Of a stretch of 64,000 bases of DNA, positions 18,055-28,069 are shown one piece after another. The DNA lies in contig CAVKAQ010000002.1 in assembly GCA_963654225.1 (NCBI GenBank), forward strand, positions 18,361 to 82,360, in the 5' to 3' direction. The stretch comes from Butyricicoccaceae bacterium (lineage in GTDB: Bacteria; Bacteroidota; Bacteroidia; Bacteroidales; UBA932). Position 1 is the first letter of the stretch. Every line of letters begins with the position of its first letter. The notes under the pieces are model-generated. The model saw nothing but the letters and a program-made list of their open reading frames with translations, ran no database searches and was not told the DNA's origin. A program made the position numbers and the translations under genes.

Positions 18055-20262
18055 ATGGTCAAACACGTTGTCAAAAGGGACGGAAGGACCGTCGATTTCA
18101 ATAATCAGAAGATTGTCGCCGCTATTCTTAAAGCGATGGACGTAACTGACGCCGGAGAGGATATTGTTCTCGCGGCAAAGATTGCAGATTCCATTTCCAA
18201 GAAGGAAAAGGATAATATGGGAGTCGAGGAGATTCAGGACTGCGTGGAGATGGAACTTATGAAGAGCCCCCGCAAGGAAGTGGCCAAGAAGTACATCGCC
18301 TACCGCAATCAGAGAAATCTTGCCCGCAAGGCAAAGACCTGCGAGATTTTCAAGGAGATAATTGATGCCCAGGCCAACGATATTACGCGCGAAAATGCGA
18401 ATATGAATGCGGACACGCCTGCTGGAATGATGATGAAATTCGCTTCCGAGGCCACCAAAACGTATGTGGATGAGTGTCTGCTTTCTGAAGATGTCAGAGA
18501 TGCGGTATATAACGGTTACATTCATATTCACGACAAGGATTATTACCCGACAAAGAGCCTCACCTGCCTGCAACATCCTCTGGACAAGGTGCTTGAAGAA
18601 GGTTTCCACGCAGGGCACGGAGAGTCAAGGCCTGCGAAGAGGATTGAAACAGCTGCAGTTCTCGCCTGCATCTCTATGGAAACTGTACAGAACGAAATGC
18701 ACGGCGGTCAGGCAATTCCTGCATTTGATTTTTACCTTGCACCTTTTGTACGCAAGACATACAAGGAAGAAATTGACCAGCTTTCCGCGCTCGAGGGCAT
18801 AGACTTGAGCGAGCTGAAAGACGCGCCGATAGACGACTATATCAAACGAGATCTTGTCGGCATCACCGGCAACGAAAGGTTCAAGCAGCACGCCATCAAT
18901 ATGACCGTCAGCCGTGTACATCAGGCGATGGAAGCGTTCGTCCACAATATGAACACCATCCATTCCCGTGGAGGCAATCAGGTGGTATTCAGTTCTATAA
19001 ACTATGGTACAGACATATCGGCCGAAGGACGCTGCATCATAAGGGAAATTCTGAACACTACTTACGAAGGAGTCGGCAATGGCTCCACAGCCATCTTCCC
19101 GATTCAGATATGGAAGAAAAAGAGGGGCGTAAGCTACTTGCCGGAAGACCCTAACTACGACTTGTACAAGTTCGCCTGCAAAGTGTCTGCAAGGCGATTT
19201 TTCCCGAATTTCCTTAATCTCGACGCAACATTCAACCAAAGCTCCGAGTGGAGAGCAGATGACCCTAAGAGATATATGAACGAGGTCGCCACTATGGGTT
19301 GCAGAACAAGGGTGTTCGAGAACCGTTTCGGTCCTAAGACTTCTGTCGGACGTGGAAATCTCAGTTTCACGACTGTCAATATCGTAAGGCTTGCCATCGA
19401 GTGTATGGGCATTGAGAACAAGGAGGACCGTATCACTGAATTTTTCCACAAGTTGGAGCACGTGTTGGATATCACAGCACAGCAGCTCTGCGAGAGGTAT
19501 GATTTTCAGAAAACTGCGCTTAAGAAGCAGTTCCCGTTGCTGATGGGCAAGCTCTGGGCCGGAAGCGAAAATCTGGACCCGGATGATACTGTAGAATCAG
19601 TAATCAACCAAGGTACTCTCGGAATCGGGTTTATCGGACTTGCGGAATGTCTTATCGCATTGGTCGGCAAGCATCACGGAGAGTCAGAAGAGGCTCAGGA
19701 ACTCGGTTTGCGCATTGTCACATTCCTCAGAGACAAAGCCAACGCCTATTCAGAGACATTCCAGCATAATTTCAGCGTGCTCGGAACCCCGGCTGAAGGC
19801 CTGTCCGGAAGGTTTACGAAGATGGACAAGAAGAAATTCGGCATCATCAAGGGCGTAACCGACAAGGAATATTATACGAATTCCAGCCACGTGCCGGTAT
19901 ATTTCCACTGCACTCCTAAACATAAAGCTGAGGTTGAAGGACCATATCACGAGTTGGAAAGAGGCGGACATATCTTCTACGTGGAGATTGACGGTGACGC
20001 GACCCACAATCCTGAAGCGATTATGAATATCGTGGATTTGATGGATAAATACAACATCGGATACGGCAGCGTAAACCACAACCGCAACAGATGTCTTGAC
20101 TGCGGATATGAGGATGCTACCGAAGGGCTGACGGAATGTCCTCATTGCCACGGCCATAACATAGATACACTGCAGCGCATAACCGGCTATCTTGTAGGTA
20201 CTACAAACAGATGGAACAGCGCTAAACTGGCTGAGCTGAAAGACCGCGTCGTGCACAAATAA
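18055..20262 (+). CDS. nrdD: Anaerobic (class III) ribonucleoside-triphosphate reductase
   Basis: ATP-cone VVKRDG, TMGCRT, GRGNLSF, TPAEGLSGRF, CxxC...CxxC and the glycyl-radical loop RITGYL. Confidence 0.98.
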   Translation: MVKHVVKRDGRTVDFNNQKIVAAILKAMDVTDAGEDIVLAAKIADSISKKEKDNMGVEEIQDCVEMELMKSPRKEVAKKYIAYRNQRNLARKAKTCEIFKEIIDAQANDITRENANMNADTPAGMMMKFASEATKTYVDECLLSEDVRDAVYNGYIHIHDKDYYPTKSLTCLQHPLDKVLEEGFHAGHGESRPAKRIETAAVLACISMETVQNEMHGGQAIPAFDFYLAPFVRKTYKEEIDQLSALEGIDLSELKDAPIDDYIKRDLVGITGNERFKQHAINMTVSRVHQAMEAFVHNMNTIHSRGGNQVVFSSINYGTDISAEGRCIIREILNTTYEGVGNGSTAIFPIQIWKKKRGVSYLPEDPNYDLYKFACKVSARRFFPNFLNLDATFNQSSEWRADDPKRYMNEVATMGCRTRVFENRFGPKTSVGRGNLSFTTVNIVRLAIECMGIENKEDRITEFFHKLEHVLDITAQQLCERYDFQKTALKKQFPLLMGKLWAGSENLDPDDTVESVINQGTLGIGFIGLAECLIALVGKHHGESEEAQELGLRIVTFLRDKANAYSETFQHNFSVLGTPAEGLSGRFTKMDKKKFGIIKGVTDKEYYTNSSHVPVYFHCTPKHKAEVEGPYHELERGGHIFYVEIDGDATHNPEAIMNIVDLMDKYNIGYGSVNHNRNRCLDCGYEDATEGLTECPHCHGHNIDTLQRITGYLVGTTNRWNSAKLAELKDRVVHK

Positions 20263-20277
20263 AAAGTTGTCAGGATA

Positions 20278-20790
20278 ATGCCGGTAAACGAGCTTTACAT
20301 AATGGAGGTGATGGAACAGACTATGGCCGACGGGCCAGGCTTCCGGACCTCCATTTATTGCGCAGGGTGCGAACACCACTGCCCGGGATGTCATAATCCG
20401 CAGTCCTGGAGCAGGAGCAACGGCCACAAGATGAGCATCGATGACTTGATGCGCATCATAAAGGACGATGATTTGAGCAATGTGTCATTCAGCGGAGGCG
20501 ATCCTTTCTATCAGGTAGAAGGATTTACTGAGCTTGCCAGAAGAATCAAAGCCGAAACGCGAAAGACAATATGGTGCTGGACCGGCTTCACCATTGAAGA
20601 AATACGCGCAGACGAGCATCTTGCGATGATGCTTCCGTATATTGATGTGCTGGTTGACGGACCGTATATCGAAGAACTCAGGGATACGCAATTGCACTTC
20701 AGAGGCAGCTCAAACCAGAGAATCATTCATCTTACGCCCGAAGAAGAGGATATAATCCCCGGCACAGTGCCCGTTATTCCGTTCAAATAG
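20278..20790 (+). CDS. nrdG: Anaerobic RNR activating radical-SAM protein
   Basis: DGPGFR, CEHHCPGCHNP, SGGDPF, DVLVDGPY and FRGSSNQR; adjacent to nrdD. Confidence 0.97.
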   Translation: MPVNELYIMEVMEQTMADGPGFRTSIYCAGCEHHCPGCHNPQSWSRSNGHKMSIDDLMRIIKDDDLSNVSFSGGDPFYQVEGFTELARRIKAETRKTIWCWTGFTIEEIRADEHLAMMLPYIDVLVDGPYIEELRDTQLHFRGSSNQRIIHLTPEEEDIIPGTVPVIPFK

Positions 20791-20833
20791 CCCACTGAAA
20801 GTGAATTCCCGAAAGGTCCAACCTTCAGAAACT

Positions 20834-20871
20834 AAAGAGACAGAATGTAGTACGCACATCCTGTCTCTTTT
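20834..20871. terminator. Intrinsic (likely bidirectional) terminator between convergent genes
   Basis: AAAGAGACAG ... CTGTCTCTTTT. Confidence 0.7.
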
Positions 20872-20924
20872 CATTCCCTATAGGCTAACGCCTGCTGTCC
20901 CGAGGGACAGTATTCCTTGGGACG

Positions 20925-22652
20925 TTACTTTATCTGCGTCTGGATGTATTCCCAGATGCGGTCGTTGAAGTTGTAACTTCCGGTGCCGGGAGAGGCGCTC
21001 TTCTGGAAGCAGTGCTGGCGGGTTGCAAGAGTGTGAAGTTCGCATTGAATGCCCATCTGCTGCATCTTCTCCCAAGTCTTGACAGAGTTCATTGCTGCCC
21101 AGCCGTCCGCATCTCCGTGGAGGAAAAGCATAGGGGCTGTGTCAAGGTCGAACGAAAATTCAGGAGCAAGGACTGCATCATCGTAATTGCCGCCCCTTTT
21201 GTTAGGTGCTTCCAGTCCATCTGTAAGCGCGTAAGCAGGATATATGCCGATTCCCCATTGCACTTTGCAGGAGACTTTGTCGATATCGTCAAACGGCAGA
21301 TATGACTGATGCTTTGACGAGGTGACACCCATAAGCGTCAGGTGACCTCCGGCGGAGCTGCCCATAATGCCTATCTTATCAGGGTCAAGACCTTTTGCCG
21401 CAGCTTCGCTCCTGACTATGCGTATAGTCCTCTGCAGGTCTTCCCAGGCAGTAATGTATTTAGGGAGACCTTCCGGACGTGGTGTGCGGTATTTCAATGT
21501 CACTACAGCCATTCCTTGCTCGTTGAGGTATCTGCGGGTAGGCGCAACTTCGAATCCATACGGGTCATTGTTCGTGTAGGAACCTCCGGAGTAGATTATC
21601 TGTATCGCTTTGGTGGTCAGATTCTCAGGGATATACCATTCTATATACGGAAGGCACTGCGCCTCATTGACATCAGGCATCTTTCCCTCTGGCCAGACAT
21701 CTTCCTTCGAGTATTGAACCTTGACCTTGTCGGAACTGAATCTGTCCATCAGTTTGACTTCAGGCTTGAGTTCTCCCATAAATCCCATCTGGCGCATAAA
21801 TTCGACTGCGCGGTCGAATCCATAAGGAGCGTGTCCCTTATTTGGAAACAAATGCAGTTCCGCAGGTACTCCTCTCTTGCGTAATTCTCTGTAAACCAAT
21901 GTTGAACCATAAGGGGTGTATGGGTCAAGACCGCCGTGATGAAGGCTCATCGGACAGGTTTTCTCGTCAAATTTGAACACATCGCTGATCTTGACATCCG
22001 GTCCGTATCCTTCACGGATTGCGCGTGTGCCGGTTTCGCCGTCAGTGGTGACGTATGCAGGCGAATTGACTATCGCCCAGTTGATATGACAAGGCACATC
22101 GTCCAGTGCGTCGACCTTGTCGTATGCAGGCGTCTGTGAACTCGTGGCGAGGAGCAATGCCAGATGAGAGCCTGCAGACATAGAGATTGTGCCTATCTTT
22201 TCCGGGTCAAAACCTCTTTTAGCAGCTTCGCTTCTGATCATTCTGACAGCTCTCTGGCCGTCTTCCCACGCGCTCTGGTATATTGCGAGTCCCTGCGGAC
22301 GTGGTGTCCTGTAAACGAAATTCACGCATTGGAATCCCAACTTCGTGAGTTTCTCTCTCCAGCCGTCGATGATCTTCACGTCGCAGCAATTTTTATAGGA
22401 GCCTCCGGAAATGAGAATCATACAGGCTCCGTTGCGAACGCTGTCTGCCGGGGCATCATACCAGTCAAGATATGGTATCCTATGTTTATCCGGGTTGAAT
22501 CTCGGAAGATTGACTTCATTGGTCATCGCGGCAATCTGATCTTCTTGTGCATCAGGCATTTTGCCTTTTGGCCAGATGAATTCACGTTGTGCGGCTGATG
22601 CGCAGATGCTTGCGGCAAGAGCAAGAATGGTTATTAACTGTTTTGCGAACAT
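20925..22652 (-). CDS. Secreted tandem alpha/beta-hydrolase (two esterase domains, carbohydrate-esterase-like)
   Basis: Signal peptide. Two homologous halves (WPKGKMPD / WPEGKMPD; YRTPRP twice) with nucleophile motifs SMSAGSH and GSSAGGH. Confidence 0.85.
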   Translation of the reverse strand: MFAKQLITILALAASICASAAQREFIWPKGKMPDAQEDQIAAMTNEVNLPRFNPDKHRIPYLDWYDAPADSVRNGACMILISGGSYKNCCDVKIIDGWREKLTKLGFQCVNFVYRTPRPQGLAIYQSAWEDGQRAVRMIRSEAAKRGFDPEKIGTISMSAGSHLALLLATSSQTPAYDKVDALDDVPCHINWAIVNSPAYVTTDGETGTRAIREGYGPDVKISDVFKFDEKTCPMSLHHGGLDPYTPYGSTLVYRELRKRGVPAELHLFPNKGHAPYGFDRAVEFMRQMGFMGELKPEVKLMDRFSSDKVKVQYSKEDVWPEGKMPDVNEAQCLPYIEWYIPENLTTKAIQIIYSGGSYTNNDPYGFEVAPTRRYLNEQGMAVVTLKYRTPRPEGLPKYITAWEDLQRTIRIVRSEAAAKGLDPDKIGIMGSSAGGHLTLMGVTSSKHQSYLPFDDIDKVSCKVQWGIGIYPAYALTDGLEAPNKRGGNYDDAVLAPEFSFDLDTAPMLFLHGDADGWAAMNSVKTWEKMQQMGIQCELHTLATRQHCFQKSASPGTGSYNFNDRIWEYIQTQIK

Positions 22653-22858
22653 ATAGACGTTATTTTTAGTGTCGCTACAGAAATGTAGCGGATACAAATG
22701 TAGCGTTTTTTCGCAGTTTCTCTACCCGGTTGGAGGTCGCTGACAGGATAAAAATCATAACTTTGTTCCCGTTGGATGCCGAGTTGGCGAACCAAGTAGC
22801 TAATACAAGTTTGCAAATCGGAATCAGCAATCGTTTCTGAAATTTATTGAGGAATATT

Positions 22859-23524
22859 ATGGCAGACAATTATCTGGAAACGCGCTATGAGGAGGTCTTC
22901 GGCGCAGGTGCGAAGTCAAAGAGTGTGGTGAAACGTGTAAATGTCTCATTGAACACATTGCTCGTCAAGAACCGCAGTACGAGAAGGTATCGTCAGGATG
23001 CCCAAGTTTCGCCCGAACAACTGAAGGCTATTGTGGAAGTAAATACAAAATTGGCGTCTGCGATGAACAGACAGGTGCTGCGTTTCAGGCTTGTGTCCGG
23101 AAATGCTACGGAGTCGGCGAAATTCCCAGTTCATCCCGATGCCGAGTTACTTAGAACAATATTATTCCGTGAGCAGATGATTCCGGAGTCTGCAAATGCC
23201 TTTATTGTAGTGTATTCCGTAATTCCTGAGGATAGGTATGTCGATATGGATTTGGGTATATCACTGCAGAGTATGTCATTAAAGGCAGTCGAAATGGGAT
23301 TCAACTGCCTTATAAAAGGGAATATCGACAGCACTAAGATCGGTTCTCTCTTTGACGAGGTGAATCCCGGCATTCAGCTGTATCCGCTTGCGGTCTTGTG
23401 CATAGGAAAAAGCGCAGAAAGCATATACCTCAAGCCTACAGATGACGCTTCGGAGTTGGAGCCATATACGAAGGATGGCGTTCACTATGTTCCAAAACTT
23501 CAGATAGGCACTTTGCTGTTGTGA
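22859..23524 (+). CDS. Nitroreductase family protein
   Basis: NRSTRRY, SAMNRQ and DLGISLQSM. Confidence 0.85.
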   Translation: MADNYLETRYEEVFGAGAKSKSVVKRVNVSLNTLLVKNRSTRRYRQDAQVSPEQLKAIVEVNTKLASAMNRQVLRFRLVSGNATESAKFPVHPDAELLRTILFREQMIPESANAFIVVYSVIPEDRYVDMDLGISLQSMSLKAVEMGFNCLIKGNIDSTKIGSLFDEVNPGIQLYPLAVLCIGKSAESIYLKPTDDASELEPYTKDGVHYVPKLQIGTLLL

Positions 23525-23525
23525 T

Positions 23526-23575
23526 TCGGAAAAAGTCCCGATTTTGGCCCTCGAAAACTCGGAAAAAGTCCCGAT
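23526..23575. repeat. 17-bp perfect direct repeat, two copies
   Basis: TCGGAAAAAGTCCCGAT at 23526-23542 and 23559-23575. Confidence 0.9.
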
Positions 23576-23613
23576 GCTCTTTGTTATTCAATTGATTTAT
23601 TGAATGTTCCGAC

Positions 23614-24981
23614 CTATCTCTCTGAAAGGAGGTTGCGGTAGAAGTCTTTAAACTCAGTCCAGGAGTAGAATGACGGTGCTACTTCGTGAAGCGGGAGAGA
23701 TGCTTCGTGTCCGTTATATATCGCTTTGACAAGAATCTCCTTATCGGATTTGCTTCTGAAGAATATCAGCTGCAGGTTCGATGACATCGGGATGAAATCG
23801 CTGCGCCAGAAGTCTTTGACGTCCTCCGGATTTTCGACTACAGCTCCGAAATTGTTCAGCCGCATAAACGAGACCAACGGCAGAAGCGCAGTGTCGTGGG
23901 TGAATCGCAGGTCCATCTGGACTTCTCCGGAAGCGATATTATTCTCCGCATTGTCAATTATATCGGCGAGTATGGCTGCATTATTCCGGATGAGCCTCGG
24001 ATCTGCAATCGGAGACAGACCGTATGCGATATACGCATAGTAGTTTCGAGTCTCCCATATTTCAAAAAGCTCATCCTTCGTGAACACGTCATCGAATTTG
24101 TCTGAAGTGGCATCCCCATCGAGGCACTGTATGCCCGTAACGATGTTTCTCATATCCTTCAGAAAGTTCAGTGCGCCGTAATTGCTCTCGAGGAATGACT
24201 TGTCTTTGAAGAACTTGTCGGCGAACTCATCCGTATTGTCATATTTTTTATTGAAATCCGCGATGGAAGCCAATGCTTCCTTTGTCATCGGCACTTCCTT
24301 TCTGTAAGGGTTCTTCGAACCGTTAGGTTCAAGAATTGGCAGCAACGAACGTCCTGCATCCTGCGTATACGTGAAATCCTTGTCCAGACTGCGGAGCTCG
24401 TCAAGAAATGTCGTCATAGTTATTATGACGCGCGGCACTTGTGTGGATATAGCCGTAGCGACCGTGTGCCCTTTGAACAGTTGAGGGAATGTATTGTACA
24501 ATGTCCTCGCGATAAGCCTTGTCTGCTCCTGTCCTTTAGCCGTAAGGTCTCCGCCCCTGAAGGCTACATTCGGGTAAAATTTTGAATATCTGGCGAAAAG
24601 GTCTTCGCCTTTTTCCGTCAACTTACCCTCCGAGTGAGCAAGGATGAGCAATTTGCTGATTTTGTCGTAGGCATTCTCGCCGAGAGCATATCTGGCTCCG
24701 TGTCTGCCGGTAACGCTGGCGTAGAATGGCTTGTATCCTTTCGGGGCCGGAGTTATCTGCGGATTGTCGAACTGGTAGAGGAAATATTCCGCACCCAATC
24801 TGTCCGGTTGCTGCATCAGTTCGGCCTTTGTGTCATATCTGGTTTCGGCATTCCGGACGCCGTATTGCACTTCTATTTCAGCACGTCTCTCCAAACTTGT
24901 TGTCTGCGCATCTGCCGGAATCCAAGATGCCGAAGCAAATGCCAACAATGCGATGATAATGGTTATCTGATTGTGTTTCAT
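23614..24981 (-). CDS. Secreted histidine acid phosphatase (phytase/MINPP-like)
   Basis: Signal peptide, RHGARY, GDLT..G..Q, FTHDT and PMSSNLQ. Confidence 0.88.
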   Translation of the reverse strand: MKHNQITIIIALLAFASASWIPADAQTTSLERRAEIEVQYGVRNAETRYDTKAELMQQPDRLGAEYFLYQFDNPQITPAPKGYKPFYASVTGRHGARYALGENAYDKISKLLILAHSEGKLTEKGEDLFARYSKFYPNVAFRGGDLTAKGQEQTRLIARTLYNTFPQLFKGHTVATAISTQVPRVIITMTTFLDELRSLDKDFTYTQDAGRSLLPILEPNGSKNPYRKEVPMTKEALASIADFNKKYDNTDEFADKFFKDKSFLESNYGALNFLKDMRNIVTGIQCLDGDATSDKFDDVFTKDELFEIWETRNYYAYIAYGLSPIADPRLIRNNAAILADIIDNAENNIASGEVQMDLRFTHDTALLPLVSFMRLNNFGAVVENPEDVKDFWRSDFIPMSSNLQLIFFRSKSDKEILVKAIYNGHEASLPLHEVAPSFYSWTEFKDFYRNLLSER

Positions 24982-24999
24982 ATATTTACTGAGTGTGTT

Positions 25000-25767
25000 T
25001 TATATATCCAATTCGTGTAGGATTCTCTGTCGGTCATTCAAAAATGACCGATATATTACAAAGTTAAGGGAATCTTCATAATTTATATGATTGATTCCGT
25101 TTTCGGAGAACTCCAGAATGTCGGCATCGGGAAATCCGGAGAGAATTGGAGAGTGTGTGCTGATTATAAATTGAGAACCTTTCTGTGTCAGTTGCTGGAT
25201 TATTTTCAGGAGGGATAGTTGCTTCTCCGCTGATAGTGCGGCCTCAGGCTCGTCAAAAATATATAGCCCCCTGCTTGAGATTCTGTTGTTAAGTAGAGCA
25301 AAGAAGCTTTCACCGTGTGATTGCTTATGCAATGGGCGTTTTCCATACGATGCGAAAGCCTTTCCGTCAAGTTTATTGATTTCAGTCAAATAACTTGACG
25401 CATTGTAAAAACTTTCCGCTCGCAGAAACCAACCATCGTTCGGAGTTTGCCCTTTTGTCAATTTAAGATGCGAACTTAAAATTGAATGGGAATCAAATGT
25501 GCTGAACTGAAAATTTCTGCTGCCTCCTTCTGGGTTAAAGCCGAATGCTACCGCAATTGCTTCCAGAATTGTAGATTTTCCTGTTCCGTTAGCTCCGACA
25601 AAGAAAGTTACCGGTTTGGTAAAGGTAAGTGGTAAACTTCTTACCGCAGGGATATTAAAGGGATATTCATTCGCGTTTATCGAATCATTTTGTTTAATCT
25701 CAACCATCTTGATAAATTGTCGGGAGTTGGTGAACAATGATTCAAGCTCTTCTTGAGTATATTGCAT
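25000..25767 (-). CDS. Stand-alone ABC/AAA-type ATPase (COG3910-like)
   Basis: Walker A GANGTGKST, FLRAESFYN, SHGESF, Walker B IFDEPEAALS and STHSPIL. Start codon uncertain. Confidence 0.88.
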   Translation of the reverse strand: MQYTQEELESLFTNSRQFIKMVEIKQNDSINANEYPFNIPAVRSLPLTFTKPVTFFVGANGTGKSTILEAIAVAFGFNPEGGSRNFQFSTFDSHSILSSHLKLTKGQTPNDGWFLRAESFYNASSYLTEINKLDGKAFASYGKRPLHKQSHGESFFALLNNRISSRGLYIFDEPEAALSAEKQLSLLKIIQQLTQKGSQFIISTHSPILSGFPDADILEFSENGINHINYEDSLNFVIYRSFLNDRQRILHELDI

Positions 25768-25802
25768 AGGGAAAATCAATCACACTGCTAATGAACGAAT
25801 CG

Positions 25803-26261
25803 CTAGATTGTCAATGAAATATGTACAATATCGTCGTGACCTAAGTCGAATGAGACGTTTGGGGGGATTTGTTCCCCTGCAAGATTCTGCCGGCCAAAGA
25901 ATAGATGCGCTGTGTCTCCGTAAGTGGTGATAACAATGCCAACTATCCCTTCTGATAGTATCTTGCGATAAGATTTACCTGAAACATTAACCGTCATACC
26001 TGTTTCGAGGGTTGATGGTGTAGAAAGAAGCCTAGAATAATCAGTGCTATCATTAAGAGGTGCGATAATAATGTCTGAATTCCCTAAGGCTGTATTTATC
26101 CAAGTATAACGCTCTCCGGTGAGGCCATCTTTTCCGAAAACAACTATATCCCCTTTCGGAACTGAATCTTTCTTTATGATGCTAACATCAATACCAATCA
26201 TTCCTGAAGGAAGACTAGCTGTAATCTTATTGTTGGGAAGAAATACGTTAAATCCGAACAT
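25803..26261 (-). CDS. Hypothetical protein with internal tandem duplication
   Basis: 152-aa ORF fills the gap co-directionally, is AT-rich, and has two similar beta-rich halves. Confidence 0.65.
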   Translation of the reverse strand: MFGFNVFLPNNKITASLPSGMIGIDVSIIKKDSVPKGDIVVFGKDGLTGERYTWINTALGNSDIIIAPLNDSTDYSRLLSTPSTLETGMTVNVSGKSYRKILSEGIVGIVITTYGDTAHLFFGRQNLAGEQIPPNVSFDLGHDDIVHISLTI

Positions 26262-26293
26262 TGATGAATGACACTGTATGGGCGTTTTTACGC

Positions 26294-28048
26294 CTATTTC
26301 GCAGAGGGATAGAGGGTGTCGACGTCTTTCTTTATGATGTCTTCGGCGAAGTCGGGAATGAATCTCCAGGTTCCGGTAACTTTAGGGTTGCCGATGACGG
26401 ACGGATCGACGGAGCCGTTCTTCTTGAAGTATTCATAAAGGATGGTCCTGAATTCCGGGCCCTTGTAAGTTATGCGGTTCTCGACATCTTCATACGTCTC
26501 GAGTCCTGCAGCCTTGAGAAGACCGCCTGAGCCGACAGCCCTGTATGTAGTGATGCCTACGGAATAAGTCTTGTCCATATCGAATGCGCTGCCGTCAGCC
26601 ATACTCAGGATGTTGACACGTGAGCCGTATGGCTTGGTCACATCTACCGTGTAGTCTATTCCTGCAGCCGAGTCAAAGTTGGCAGGGCTCTTTGCCAGTT
26701 TCCACGCCATGCCGCCTGTGCCATAATCTTTGGTCTGCTTCATTCTCAGCACGTGCTCTGCTTCAGGCCCGTTCACAGTATCTATCCACAAGTCGTAACT
26801 TGCTTCAAGATAATTCTTTACCTCACGTCCTGTAAGATTCAGGACAACCAGCTTATTGCTGTACGGATATAGGGTCTTGATGTCGTCGAAGGTGACGTCC
26901 CCGGCTTCAATCTTTCCGTCAATCAGAAGAGTTGCAGTGAGAGAAATGTCAATCGGCCTGTACGACATCGCCAGGGTATGAAGAAAATTGAGGTAATCGC
27001 ATTGTCCCCAATAGAACTCCCTGGATGCCATAGTGCTTTTCACCGTGCCGATTTTCGTGTTGGTGAAGTCCTTCACTGCATTGAACTCCTGTTCAAATGC
27101 CTTCTCCATTTCCTTATCGACATCCTGGCTGCTCAAGTTCTTGACTTTTGCGGAGAGCTCCTTGCTGACAATCTTGCCGTCCTTGACGACAAGTTTCAAA
27201 TCGCCGACACCTACGCTCTGTCCACCCTTTCCGCTGTCAAGCAACGCGATGCTGTCAGTGCTGAGGCTCTTGGTTGTATGGTCGTGCCCGATGACCACGA
27301 AATCGACTCCTTGCAGACTGTTGTACAAATCGAGTCCCTGCTTCTCAAGATTGGCATTTTCGCCCTTTCCCAGTCCGGTATGCGCGACGACGATGACAAC
27401 TTGAGGTTTATCCTTACGGCGTATCTTATCCACGTCATTCTGTACCAGTGGCAGCAGGGACTTGAATTCGACTCCCGGGAATGCGGATTTGTCCAGCAAG
27501 TTTCCGTTGTCGGCATTGGTATAGCCGAGTATTGCGACCTCTACTCCGTTTTTCTTGATCACCGTGCTTGTTTTCATCACTGATTTGCCGTCGGACGTTC
27601 TGACAACGTTTCCGGCAAGGAAAGGTATCCCTGCCTTTTTGAATCCTTCGGAAGCTCTTTCAATAACTCCGCTACCGGCTTCGAAATCGCTCTTTCCTGC
27701 CACCACGGCATCATATTTCATATATGACGCAAGTCTTGGATACAGGTATGTCGACAGCGTGTCCACATAGTCATAGTAGAATGTGGCATTGCTGCCAAGG
27801 AAATTGTCTCCGGCATCTACAAGAATGACATTGTCTTCGCCTTTCTCTGCGCGGATGTCATTGACGAACTTGCTTTGCGCCATAATGGTCCCCCTTACTC
27901 TGCCGTTTGGCGTATAAGGCTGTGAAAACCAATATCCGTGACCGTCTCCGGTGGAAACGACCGACAAGTTGTATTCTCCGTCTTTCAGGGTACTGCAGCC
28001 TGTCACAGCCGCGATTGCCAGGGAGGCAAGAATGAGTTTCGATTTCAT
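26294..28048 (-). CDS. Lipoprotein, bifunctional metallophosphoesterase / 5'-nucleotidase (CpdB-like) with altered active site
   Basis: Lipobox VTGC; motifs DGH, DAGD, HTG and GHDH; C-terminal 5'-nucleotidase domain (LYPYSN, NFDSAAGIDY). GNH is replaced by GKS. Confidence 0.85.
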   Translation of the reverse strand: MKSKLILASLAIAAVTGCSTLKDGEYNLSVVSTGDGHGYWFSQPYTPNGRVRGTIMAQSKFVNDIRAEKGEDNVILVDAGDNFLGSNATFYYDYVDTLSTYLYPRLASYMKYDAVVAGKSDFEAGSGVIERASEGFKKAGIPFLAGNVVRTSDGKSVMKTSTVIKKNGVEVAILGYTNADNGNLLDKSAFPGVEFKSLLPLVQNDVDKIRRKDKPQVVIVVAHTGLGKGENANLEKQGLDLYNSLQGVDFVVIGHDHTTKSLSTDSIALLDSGKGGQSVGVGDLKLVVKDGKIVSKELSAKVKNLSSQDVDKEMEKAFEQEFNAVKDFTNTKIGTVKSTMASREFYWGQCDYLNFLHTLAMSYRPIDISLTATLLIDGKIEAGDVTFDDIKTLYPYSNKLVVLNLTGREVKNYLEASYDLWIDTVNGPEAEHVLRMKQTKDYGTGGMAWKLAKSPANFDSAAGIDYTVDVTKPYGSRVNILSMADGSAFDMDKTYSVGITTYRAVGSGGLLKAAGLETYEDVENRITYKGPEFRTILYEYFKKNGSVDPSVIGNPKVTGTWRFIPDFAEDIIKKDVDTLYPSAK

Positions 28049-28069
28049 ATTTGTTGTTTTTACTTTTTA

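Noticed and set aside
18625..19461. Long antisense ORFs (e.g. 18625-19461, 49971-50813, 44877-45560, 28769-29452)
   Set aside because: They lie opposite well-supported genes, lack recognisable motifs, and are explained by codon-bias shadows.
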